Origin: an uncultured archaeon
GTDB taxonomy: Archaea > Thermoplasmatota > Penumbrarchaeia > JASLWR01
Length of the DNA stretch: 64,000 nt
Assembly: GCA_964342815.1 (NCBI GenBank)
Contig: CAYFHS010000007.1
Span: forward strand, 64,001-128,000
Reading direction: 5' to 3'
This document shows, piece after piece, positions 34,184-43,800 of this stretch (the stretch's first letter is position 1; every line of letters begins with the position of its first letter). Below the pieces are notes generated by a model. The model was given only the letters and a program-made list of their open reading frames with translations. It was not told the origin of the DNA and ran no database searches. A program made the translations under genes and the position numbers.

Positions 34184-36207
34184 AATCTAACTCCTAAAAC
34201 TAAAAGGATTTTATTAAGGACAAAACCAACAGCCAACGCATAAAAGAGAACAAAAAAGAACATTAATAATGCGGTTTTTAAGCCTCTTTCCTTTATCATG
34301 ATCATCAGTTGTGCTATACAGGGAACAAAGAGCGTTAAAGTTACAGCAGCCACCGTGAGTTGTACCCCCGTCAATGCATTTTGCATATCGAACAATCCTG
34401 CGGCGCCATAATCCCGTCTAAAAAATCCGAATAACAATACACTTGAAGTTTCATCCGGTAATCCTAATGAATTTACGATCGGTACTAAGCTACGTATTAT
34501 AAATTGAAAAATTCCTATCAAATGAAAAAACCAGATTAAAACACTCACTAAAATAAAGATCGGAAAAACCTCTTTGAAATACCATACCATTCTCGTATAG
34601 GTCTTTGTTAAAACGTTTGAGATTTTAGGTAGTCGAAGAGGTGGCAGTTCCATATAGAAAGTGGGTTTATCACCAGGGAGGATCTTTGATGCTAAAAACC
34701 CGATCAAAATAAAATTCAACAATATAGCCATGAACCATACGAATAATGCCCACGGACGACCCGATAAAATAGCAAAAATGACACCCAATTGTGCAGAACA
34801 AGGAATAGCTAGGGCTAATAGCAACGTCGCGATCACTCTTTCCCGTTTTGTCTCCTGGGTCCTGGTAACTATGGTCGCCATTGTAACGCACCCTAACCCC
34901 AGTACCATAGGTATTACCGCTCTTCCGGTAAGGCCGATCTTTTTAAAAACTCGGTCTATTAAGAGTGCCAATCTCGGAAGGTAGCCCGTGTCCTCAATAA
35001 TGGAAAACGCCAAGAAGAACGTCCCCACAATGGGTAATATGATGGCAATTGCATATGTTAAGCCCAAAGTGATAATCCCATATTCGCCCACGATCAAATC
35101 CTGGACCGCTCTTGACTGGATATGACTATTAACAAATTCGGTTATGAAAGGATTGATCCTTTCGCCAAACAGGGTTCCCTCGATCAGATCAACAAGTTCT
35201 CCCGCACCTAGAACACCAACGAATTGGTAGAGACCAAAGTATAATATTACGATCAATATTGGAATCCCGGTTAAAGGTCTTATCATTGCCCTGCTGATTT
35301 TCTCTTTTATGGTACGCTTTTTGATATCTGCCGTTATTAAAGATGTTGAGATGATTTTATTCGTTTCTCTTTGTAATCTCAATTTTATAATATAACTCAA
35401 TGGATGGTTATGATTTTGATCGATTGTCTTAATGATATCGTTAATTCGCTCGTATCTTCTTCCCTCCTTTTCTCTGACCATCCCTTGTGTGTCACCATCC
35501 TGTTGTAAGAGCAGCAAAGAAACAGCCCGCTTCGAAATCGAATAATCCCCCTTCAGATGGGATTCAATTTCTTTTATTGAAGTTTCGATGAACTTATTGA
35601 AGATTATCTGTCTTCTACCGTTCATACGATATCTTTTCAACTTTCCCATTAACTTATCGAATCCTTCTCCCGTGGTAGCAACCATGGGAACGACAGGGGT
35701 ACCTAATCTGTTTTCCAGGTCGATAAAATCTATCTTTATTCCCAGATCTCTCGCTTCATCCATCATATTTACTACTACTAATACCGGAAGGCCTGCTTCA
35801 ATCAACTGTAGGGATAGTGGAAGCATCCTCTCTAAGTTCTTTGCATCAATGACATGAAGTACTATCTTTGGTCTTTCTTTTAATAGTATGAATTTAGCTA
35901 TACGTTCTTCTTCTGTTATCGGAATCAACGAATACATGCCGGGTGAATCAATCACTCCATAATCTTTTCCATCGATCTTACATTTTCCCTTGTCGATTGT
36001 CACTGTCGTTCCGGGGTAGTTTGACACTGTGACATATGCGCCTGTCAATTTATTGAATATGAGACTTTTCCCAACATTAGGGTTTCCGATAAGAACAATC
36101 TTTTCAAGGCCTTCGATATTCTCGCTAACAGGTCCATGGCATTGATTTTTTGATTCCTTTTTAATTTTTTTTGATGTGGTCTTAGTTCTCGTCACGGACA
36201 GCCCCAT
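34180..36207 (-). CDS. feoB: Ferrous iron transporter FeoB
   Basis: GNPNVGKS, VSNYPGTTV, DSPG, NMMD GTPase motifs; gate motifs GLGC and IPCSAQ, FVPC. Confidence 0.96.
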   Translation of the reverse strand: MGLSVTRTKTTSKKIKKESKNQCHGPVSENIEGLEKIVLIGNPNVGKSLIFNKLTGAYVTVSNYPGTTVTIDKGKCKIDGKDYGVIDSPGMYSLIPITEEERIAKFILLKERPKIVLHVIDAKNLERMLPLSLQLIEAGLPVLVVVNMMDEARDLGIKIDFIDLENRLGTPVVPMVATTGEGFDKLMGKLKRYRMNGRRQIIFNKFIETSIKEIESHLKGDYSISKRAVSLLLLQQDGDTQGMVREKEGRRYERINDIIKTIDQNHNHPLSYIIKLRLQRETNKIISTSLITADIKKRTIKEKISRAMIRPLTGIPILIVILYFGLYQFVGVLGAGELVDLIEGTLFGERINPFITEFVNSHIQSRAVQDLIVGEYGIITLGLTYAIAIILPIVGTFFLAFSIIEDTGYLPRLALLIDRVFKKIGLTGRAVIPMVLGLGCVTMATIVTRTQETKRERVIATLLLALAIPCSAQLGVIFAILSGRPWALFVWFMAILLNFILIGFLASKILPGDKPTFYMELPPLRLPKISNVLTKTYTRMVWYFKEVFPIFILVSVLIWFFHLIGIFQFIIRSLVPIVNSLGLPDETSSVLLFGFFRRDYGAAGLFDMQNALTGVQLTVAAVTLTLFVPCIAQLMIMIKERGLKTALLMFFFVLFYALAVGFVLNKILLVLGVRL

Positions 36208-36238
36208 TTAGGTTCACCTAATTGTTAGGGATGCCTAA
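36208..36238. promoter_or_regulatory. Two tandem DtxR/MntR-type operator palindromes at the feoB promoter
   Basis: TTAGG-TTCA-CCTAA (36208-36221) and TTAGG-GATG-CCTAA (36225-36238). Minus-strand TATA-like TTAATATA lies just upstream (~36244-36251). Confidence 0.85.
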
Positions 36239-36286
36239 ATCAGTATATTAAGGTTTTGGGTGGATTGACCGGACAATAAAAAAAGA

Positions 36287-37840
36287 TCAATGACCGATAA
36301 CAGAAAGTATCTTCCTTTTCATTCTCTTTTTCGTGTAATAATCATGAACCACATTTACCTTTTCCTTTGTTTCCGGATGCATGTTTGTCCAATACATGCA
36401 AGTGGAAACGGTCATGGGTGTAGGCGTGAAGAATTGAAAGTTCTCAATATTTTTCATTTTCCTTATGCGTCTCGTCAGGTACGAAATTGTATCCATCGTC
36501 TCGCCCGGATGACCGATCATCAGGTATAACCTGAGAGCCTGTTTTAAGCCACGGCTTTGTGCATTATACATGTTAATAAAATCCTCGAATCTATCATTGC
36601 ATTTACCCATAAGCTGAAGAACTTCTTGTGAAAAATGTTCGGGAGCCACCTTCAGCGTACCTGAAATATGATGGGCCACCAGCTCTTTTACGTATTCGGG
36701 GCTGTCAACCGCCAGGTCGTAACGGATGCCGCTGCGGACAAAAATATTTTTTATACCGGGAATCTCTCTCGCTTCCTTCATCAGAGAGATAAGTCTTTTA
36801 TGATCCCGCTCCAATCTTTCGCAACCGATACATTCCCCCTCACTGCATTCAGCACAATCCATGCCGTACATGTTTGCCGAGGGACCCCCCAGATCATCCA
36901 CATAACCCCTGAAACCGCGTATGGAATTTAAAGATCCGATCTCTTTCAATATACTTTTTTCCGATCGCGATATCAACCGTCTGCCCTGGTGCATGGAAAT
37001 GGAGCAGAAAGAGCAGGTCCCTATACAGCCCCGATGGGTCACCACCGAATATTTCATGCCTTTCAGAAGAGAATGTTGATGCATTTTCCTGGAATAATTC
37101 AAACCGTAAATCCGGTCCAGATCATCAGAGGTGTATTGGGGATACGCGAACTGAAGAATATAATTATTATTGTATTCCTGGGCCAGGTTCCGGTTGATCG
37201 AAAAGGCGGCCTGCATCTCACAGAATTTATCGGGATTCCCCATCACGTCGCTGAAAGATGGAAGTACATGGAATGATTCGTCAATCTCCCTGGATAGAAC
37301 ACAGGTTCCCTCAATCCCCATCAGGTCTTTTCCGCCTTTCAGCCTGGATGCTATCTCCAGAACCTGCTTTTCACCATTGCCGTAGACCAGAATATCCGCC
37401 CGGGAATCCAGAAGGATCGACCGTCGTATCTTATTGTCCCAGTAATCGTAATGGGCAAAACGGCGGAGCGATGATTCGATCCCTCCGATCACTATGGGCA
37501 CGCCTTTCATCAAGCGTTTTATAGCGTTACAGTATACGATGACCGCGCGGTCGGGTAGGGAAAAGATATTGGAGTAGGGATCATCTTTTCTCGATCTTTT
37601 CATTGGAGTATAATTATGGACCATGCTGTCCACTGAGCCGGAACTGATCCCGAAAAATAGTTTTGGCCTTCCCAATCTGGTAAAATCCCTGTCCTTCTCC
37701 GGCCGCTCGATTATACCCACCTTGTATCCCTTATTATCCAGTACCCGGGCTATCACACCCACGGGAGAGAGGGGATGATCATCCCAGTATTCCCCGCTGA
37801 TGAGAATTATGTCGCAGTTATTCTTCGTTTTCGTTATCAT
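36287..37840 (-). CDS. ygiQ: YgiQ/UPF0313 family radical SAM protein
   Basis: DIILISGEYWDDHP, SVVTHRGCIGTCSFCSISMHQG, DDLGGPSANMY, SGIRYDL, LKVAPEH, FTPTPMTVSTCMY. Confidence 0.9.
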   Translation of the reverse strand: MITKTKNNCDIILISGEYWDDHPLSPVGVIARVLDNKGYKVGIIERPEKDRDFTRLGRPKLFFGISSGSVDSMVHNYTPMKRSRKDDPYSNIFSLPDRAVIVYCNAIKRLMKGVPIVIGGIESSLRRFAHYDYWDNKIRRSILLDSRADILVYGNGEKQVLEIASRLKGGKDLMGIEGTCVLSREIDESFHVLPSFSDVMGNPDKFCEMQAAFSINRNLAQEYNNNYILQFAYPQYTSDDLDRIYGLNYSRKMHQHSLLKGMKYSVVTHRGCIGTCSFCSISMHQGRRLISRSEKSILKEIGSLNSIRGFRGYVDDLGGPSANMYGMDCAECSEGECIGCERLERDHKRLISLMKEAREIPGIKNIFVRSGIRYDLAVDSPEYVKELVAHHISGTLKVAPEHFSQEVLQLMGKCNDRFEDFINMYNAQSRGLKQALRLYLMIGHPGETMDTISYLTRRIRKMKNIENFQFFTPTPMTVSTCMYWTNMHPETKEKVNVVHDYYTKKRMKRKILSVIGH

Positions 37841-37936
37841 TTAAACGGGTCCGTAATCTATATGAGGGTTTGAATTTGTATCTTGCGGTTTCAGGGGTCG
37901 TCCCTAACCCTGTACGATAGGAAAAAGAAAGGGGTT

Positions 37937-38025
37937 TCAGGGGGAAGTCTGCCAAGTTATGTCTTGGCAGATGCAGTAAAGCCTGAAGGGGCATACAGAG
38001 TGTCAACGGGCATCTTTCCCCCTGA
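37937..38025. other. Three-way-junction palindromic element between the HAAS gene and ygiQ; terminator-like on the minus strand
   Basis: TCAGGGGGAA/TTCCCCCTGA (10 bp), TCTGCCAAG/CTTGGCAGA (9 bp), GATGC/GCATC; followed on the minus strand by CCCCTTTCTTTTT. Confidence 0.6.
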
Positions 38026-38054
38026 CATACAAATACGATTTTTTCATCAAAGAA

Positions 38055-38702
38055 TCAATCCCAGGCCACATCGTCGTCTTTTTTCTTGAATTTGATAAAC
38101 ACTCTGCCGGCCACGAAACCTGCCACGGGCATCATCAGCGAAACAATTATGAAGAAAAAACAGGGACCGCCGGATGCAACGATCTCAATTTTCTCCGGGA
38201 GTGGAAGGTTAGTTACCACAAGCATGGTCAAACCTCTCGAGGCAAAGGCTGCCACACCCACCAGCATACCGGTCCACCTCCCGAATTTCACTCCGGATAT
38301 AATAATAATAAAAAAAAGCAAGGCGGTTAAAAAGAAAGTACCGATGAGACAAACGGTGTTAAAGGTTATCAATTCCTGCTTCAGGGCTGGTGCCGAGAGG
38401 GGGACCGTCAAAATGCCCAACAAGAATCCCAGAAGTATGAATATCACGGTTACGAATTTTCCATAGCCGTACATGCGTTTGTAACTCTTGGCAGTTTCCT
38501 TGGGACCGCCGTAATTTGCAATGGCAACCATTGCATTCTGCCTGCTCATTCCACCGAGATCCAAAGCGCTTTCGTGGAGATGGGATCGCACCTCATCGAG
38601 GACGTTGTTCTTCGTCTTTTTCGACATAAATCGTAGTTTCTTTCGCAAACGCTTCAGATAATCCTCTATCTCGGGAGAGCTTTTGTTTGAATTTTGGTTC
38701 AC
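38055..38702 (-). CDS. HAAS-domain membrane protein
   Basis: IEDYLKRLRKKL...VLDEVRSHL...YGGPKETA followed by about four TM helices. GTG start overlaps the padR stop (GTGA). Confidence 0.75.
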   Translation of the reverse strand: MNQNSNKSSPEIEDYLKRLRKKLRFMSKKTKNNVLDEVRSHLHESALDLGGMSRQNAMVAIANYGGPKETAKSYKRMYGYGKFVTVIFILLGFLLGILTVPLSAPALKQELITFNTVCLIGTFFLTALLFFIIIISGVKFGRWTGMLVGVAAFASRGLTMLVVTNLPLPEKIEIVASGGPCFFFIIVSLMMPVAGFVAGRVFIKFKKKDDDVAWD

Positions 38703-39055
38703 AGGTATACCTCCAGAAGTTTTGTTGTTCCCCCGATCATCAGGTCCCACTGTGCAAGAGCAGCCTTGAGGGTTTCACGGCCCTTCTCGGTGATTGAATA
38801 ATAATTGCGAGGTGGACTGCCCTCGCCCACCACCCACTCACTGATAAGATAATCACGCTTCTTCAAGCGGTGCAGTATGGGATAAAGGGTCCCCTCTTTC
38901 AATGTGTAATAACCATCGGTTCCGGTCTTCAATTCCTTGATTATCTGGAAACCGTATTTACGCTCCTTGGAGAGAAGGGCGAGGACACAAAGCTGAATCC
39001 CGCCCTTCTTGAACTCCTTGTCCCATTCCTTTTCCTTCATGCAATCCTCATTCAT
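38699..39055 (-). CDS. PadR-family transcriptional regulator
   Basis: KGGIQLCVLALL..ERKYGFQII, EGTLYPILHRL, PPRNYYSITEKG. Confidence 0.93.
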   Translation of the reverse strand: MNEDCMKEKEWDKEFKKGGIQLCVLALLSKERKYGFQIIKELKTGTDGYYTLKEGTLYPILHRLKKRDYLISEWVVGEGSPPRNYYSITEKGRETLKAALAQWDLMIGGTTKLLEVYL

Positions 39056-39098
39056 CAGTTTTATTCGTTTTTTCTGTATGATCCAGCCTTAAGTACGT

Positions 39099-40682
39099 TC
39101 AATATACGTTATCTTTTTTGCGCCGTCTTTTTCTTACGACGCTTATTGATATGGCCACGGCTATCGCCACCGTTGCGATGGCAAACTGGAGACATACTCC
39201 GGTGGTGGAGAGAACATTCAGGCTTATGGTTGACAGCCCTTCTATTATGAGTGCTCCGCAGCTGAAGGTCGGGTCATGGAATATCTCGCCGCCAGCAGGG
39301 TAGATATAACCGCCCATGATTATGAGCGCATAGCCAAAACCGTCGTCATTTTCACCTCTTCCCTGCTGGTTCTGTCCGGCGTGGACCTGATAGAACATGA
39401 AATCGGTGTCCCCGTCCACGTCAACGTCGCTGATCCATGAAAGCTCACCCATGCGATGCCAGTTGTCCTTGAAAGTTATGTGCTCCTTTGCCACGAGTGT
39501 GGCATTAGTAGGCATTTCGCGAGGATCGGAAATAGCCGCATCAACCATTTCTCCTGCATTGTCATATTCATATTCGGCCACGCCGAGAGCTCCTTCTATA
39601 CCGGTCACGAACTGTTTGTCGAACCATTCGTTCACGATATCAGGCACGAATGTCCCGAAGATGGTGAAACTTTCGAGCATGAGTTTCGAGTTTCGGCTCA
39701 TGTTTTTAAAATCCCACCCCTTAATGTAATGATCATACTTGTAATCGGCATTTACGGAAATTCCCTTGAAATCCCTTTTTTCAACACTTTTGGTGTCGCT
39801 GATCTGCGGATCCTTACCTCCATTGAAATCCACTTCAACCTCGTACCAGGGAATATCCTTTATCTCAAGGCCCTCTTCTACGGACACCTCGATATGAAAG
39901 CTGATCGTCACCTCTTCGAGACAGGTATCGGTAGTATTGTCGTTTACGAATTCAGGGTCCCAAACGTTCCCATTTCCATCGCCGTACTCGAGGTTCTCCG
40001 CTGTCAGAGCGAAATCGAATCCTAAAATGTTCGGGTCGTCATCGGGAATGATCTTGATTTCGCTTCGATTCCATGAAGTGTTCAGATCGAGAGCTTTGAT
40101 TACCGGTTCGGTGGCGGTGAACGAATGTTCCATATTTCCCAGGCCCTCCTGGTTTCTTTCGAAATCCCAAAGATCGTTATCTGCTCCGATCACTTCCCCC
40201 ACTTCCTCCATGAACATGTTCTTTTTACGGTAACCCACATCCTGGAACTCGATAAAGCTGAAGAACTTGTGGCCGTAGACAGTGACAACGGGGATCCCTA
40301 TTTTTTCCACTATTATGTTTCCTTGGGGGTCCATTATGGTGGCTCCGCCAAGATACCGCAGCTGGAACGTGGCCATCATTATACTGTTGGGATGCTCTTC
40401 CGTGCCGTAAAGAATATAGAACCAGGCATCATTGCTTAATTTGAATGCCACGTAGTCGCCCATATCTCCGGCTTTCGTCTCATTTTTATCTTTGTTCTCA
40501 TCCCAGGGCGAAGTGTTATTCTCATCAATAGTACCCGTTTTCATAACCAAGTTGCCATCCAGAAAACTCTGTTCGGATTCTCCTGCGAACGCCATTCCGG
40601 AGATCGAAATTACTCCTGTAAGCATCAGGGACACAACCATAATCGCTTTCAACCATGTTATTTCCTTTTTTTCATCATTCAT
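39099..40682 (-). CDS. Acidic secreted, C-terminally anchored surface protein
   Basis: N-terminal hydrophobic signal, Asp/Glu-rich body, C-terminal TM followed by RKRRRKK. ATG 40682 after a GGAGGTG RBS. Confidence 0.75.
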   Translation of the reverse strand: MNDEKKEITWLKAIMVVSLMLTGVISISGMAFAGESEQSFLDGNLVMKTGTIDENNTSPWDENKDKNETKAGDMGDYVAFKLSNDAWFYILYGTEEHPNSIMMATFQLRYLGGATIMDPQGNIIVEKIGIPVVTVYGHKFFSFIEFQDVGYRKKNMFMEEVGEVIGADNDLWDFERNQEGLGNMEHSFTATEPVIKALDLNTSWNRSEIKIIPDDDPNILGFDFALTAENLEYGDGNGNVWDPEFVNDNTTDTCLEEVTISFHIEVSVEEGLEIKDIPWYEVEVDFNGGKDPQISDTKSVEKRDFKGISVNADYKYDHYIKGWDFKNMSRNSKLMLESFTIFGTFVPDIVNEWFDKQFVTGIEGALGVAEYEYDNAGEMVDAAISDPREMPTNATLVAKEHITFKDNWHRMGELSWISDVDVDGDTDFMFYQVHAGQNQQGRGENDDGFGYALIIMGGYIYPAGGEIFHDPTFSCGALIIEGLSTISLNVLSTTGVCLQFAIATVAIAVAISISVVRKRRRKKDNVY

Positions 40683-40742
40683 ATAAGGCACCTCCTTGAC
40701 GGGCAGGCTCGAAGACGGCTCACCTGCCTTATCAATATTTAG

Positions 40743-40776
40743 TACTTAGCAACACTAAGTAGTTAGTTATATTTAA
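40743..40776 (-). promoter_or_regulatory. Promoter with overlapping 7-5-7 inverted repeat (candidate PadR operator)
   Basis: TACTTAG-CAACA-CTAAGTA at 40743-40761; minus-strand TTAAATATA TATA box at 40768-40776. Confidence 0.6.
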
Positions 40777-40865
40777 GGCTTTTCATAGAAAAGGCAATAG
40801 AAAAAATTGAGAATATATATGATATATTATGTAGAGAAAGGATGCTGCTAAACGAGATAAAATAA

Positions 40866-43800
40866 TTAAAGCCCTTCCACGTCGAGTCCCCTCCTCCAAA
40901 TCCACCGCTCCACCATGAACTTGTTTCTGTCCTCGCCATTGTATTTTTCAATCTTGAATTTCTCCCCTTTCTCCTTTCCCACGAAACCGGCTATCATCTC
41001 GCCCCCCTTGAATAGAACATACCAATCCCCTTTTCCGAATTTTCTGTGAATGTCATCATGTAGGTAATACCACAGAGGATCTTTGGGCGGGAGAATGAAT
41101 TTACGGAACATCTTGATGCCATCAAGTAGCTCGAGATCACTTTTAAGAATATAATGAATTTCCTTAGACTCCTCCTGAAGATATCCCTTTACGAGAACTC
41201 CCTTACGGGTCAGTTTGTTAACGGTCTCCCTCAGTTCTTCGAGCGAGAACTCTGCACCTACATATTGTCGTAATCTCGGAAGCGTAAATACACCATAATT
41301 CTCGAAAACATTCCTTATGCACTGCCTCCTTGCTCTTTTTTTCGAAAGGTTGGGAACTTCCCCCACCTTCACGTAAGTGTTCTTGGCATCCTTGACAACG
41401 TAAAGAGCGTCAATCAGTTCCTTTTTCTTTTCGAGATACACGGTTCTTCCCAAAGATGTTCTCTCGAACCATTTCTTGTCGCTGACCACAAAACCTGTGG
41501 GTATGACATCGAGAAGGTACTTCGCTGTGGGTGATATTCTTCTTTTCAACGCCACCTTGAACCTCTCCATATTCTGAGTTGTGGTGAACATCTGCCTAGC
41601 CGGGATCAATATTCCTTTCACCAGATCATTGTATTTTGCGTAGGCGTTCAGAGTGATGTCGTCGTCCTGGGTTCTCAGCCGGATCTCCTCGGTACTGCTG
41701 ACAGTCCCGAAAGTCTTTATCAGATCCTTTGGGTCTTCGAAAATATTATCGGGATGAACGTGCTGTTTGTAGCATACATATTTCAGTATTTTGTCCATGG
41801 GATAGGTCTTCTCCACCATATTGCCCATAACGAGATAATCATTCATCACCACCAAACCCTCATTCTGGAAAGCTTCGATTATCCAACTACCCTCCGCCAA
41901 AAGCTGTTCCACGCTTATTTCGCTGATATTCTCGATCTTTATGACGTCTATATCGAAATTGGAATAGAAATCCAGCAGATTATCCAGTTCCTTTACCAAT
42001 AATGACAGGATATGGCGAGAGGTAATATTGTCTTCCGGTAGTGGGGCCGTCCCGGGACCCAAGCTGGAGAAACTTCTTTCGGGAGCGCTCGAGACCATTT
42101 CAATATTCAAAATCCGGATTGAATCCTTTTTCCTTTCCAACCTCAGAGCGGCAAGGGGTTCGTTACCTTCCGTTAAGAGATGGCTCCATATCCCTGTGAA
42201 TCTCAAAAAGGCCTTATGCACGATGAGATGGAAATATGAATGCGTGTCCGAAATTATACTGGTGAAGACAGATCTCTTTGCATTTCCTTCTTTTATCTCT
42301 ACTAGTGTCTCGAAGTCCTTTGTCGTGACCAGCATTTCTGTGGGATAGGGATTCTCGACGAAAACACGCTTTATTTTTTCTTCAGCAAATAGCTCGGAGA
42401 TTACTTTTTCGAGTTCCTCTCCGAAAAGCCTGCTGTGTTCCTGAAGTGTGCTAATTGTCATAGGGCCGTATATACCGAGCAGATAGCTGACGAGGTCTTT
42501 TCTGGAATGGTTGATGTAACTGGCGATCTCTTCTTTTTTGGTTGATGGATCAATTTTCTCAATTTCGTCTTCCCCATGGAAAAAGATATCGTCGAATGTT
42601 TTATTCTCAATATAAACAAAACCCACAGCTGATGCCATATCAGCCGAAGGAACGTGTGCACGTCCCAACCAGAGATTTTTTTCCAGTCGATACAATGCCT
42701 CGTAAATCTGTGCCCTGTTTAGGTTAACTTCCTTGTATATCTTGGATCTTTTCACTCCTGGATTCTGCATTATGTATTTCAACAGAGTCTGTTCGACAGA
42801 GTTCAACGAGGAAGTCCGTCTTGCCCATACGAATCGTGATACACGATCTCTTGGCAGGAAATACATACTGGAGCGGATAAAGCGCACCTGCAGCAGAACG
42901 GCGTCTTTGATGCTCGATAACCATTTGCTTTTTGTGAACCTTTTACTCCGCTGGAATATATCTAGGGGGGATCCGATGATATCGCCCTTTTCAAGTAAAT
43001 CCTTGAACTCGTCGCGTCTTTCGAAAAACTTCCGATAAGCGAAATTGTTGAAACCGTCGGTGGCCAGAACCACGCTCCCTTCATTTTTAAGCCTAAGGGA
43101 GCGGTAATCCCTGCGTGCGATATAATAATCGTGTTTGTCGTCCTTAATTATCGAATCCTTTATGACATCAGCCTCTCTCTCCAGTTCTGAAAGCACCAAT
43201 AATAGGTTAATGTTCTTGAGAGCGAATGGGAAATGAGCTTCCAGCTCCCTATGGGTGAAAGGACCGAATCTGTGGAGAAAATCCACCAGCAGTTTCTTTA
43301 TAATCTCCACCCTGCTCATAGGTACGGTCTTGTCACCGATTTCCCCCGAACTTATCCTTTCCAAAACGGTATTGTATTCATCCTTTGCAGCCTTGACAAA
43401 GCCCTTGATGTCCTTGTAGAATGAAGCGTCCCTCCTGAAATGCTCGTCTACCATCTCTCTTGAAAAACGCGCGGGAAAACCGTCAACACCAATGCTGCTC
43501 CCATATCCGATTATCTCCTCGAAAAGCTCTCCGCCAAGCTGCTTGAACACCATCAATTTGGTTGCAAGGGATGATACGTCTGTTAGAGAAGTGACTATCA
43601 GCGAATGGGAGAATGTCGATGGCCGAGTGGAATAGTCCTTAACGTATAACTGTATCTCACCTCGTGCGATCTTGTTTAATACCTTTTTAGCACCAGTAAG
43701 ATCCATGTATTGATTCATAACCTCGTTATGGGCTTCCTTGAAGACGGGCATCTTCATTAATACATCTTGAGGAACGTCACTTAATATATCAAGAGCCGTT

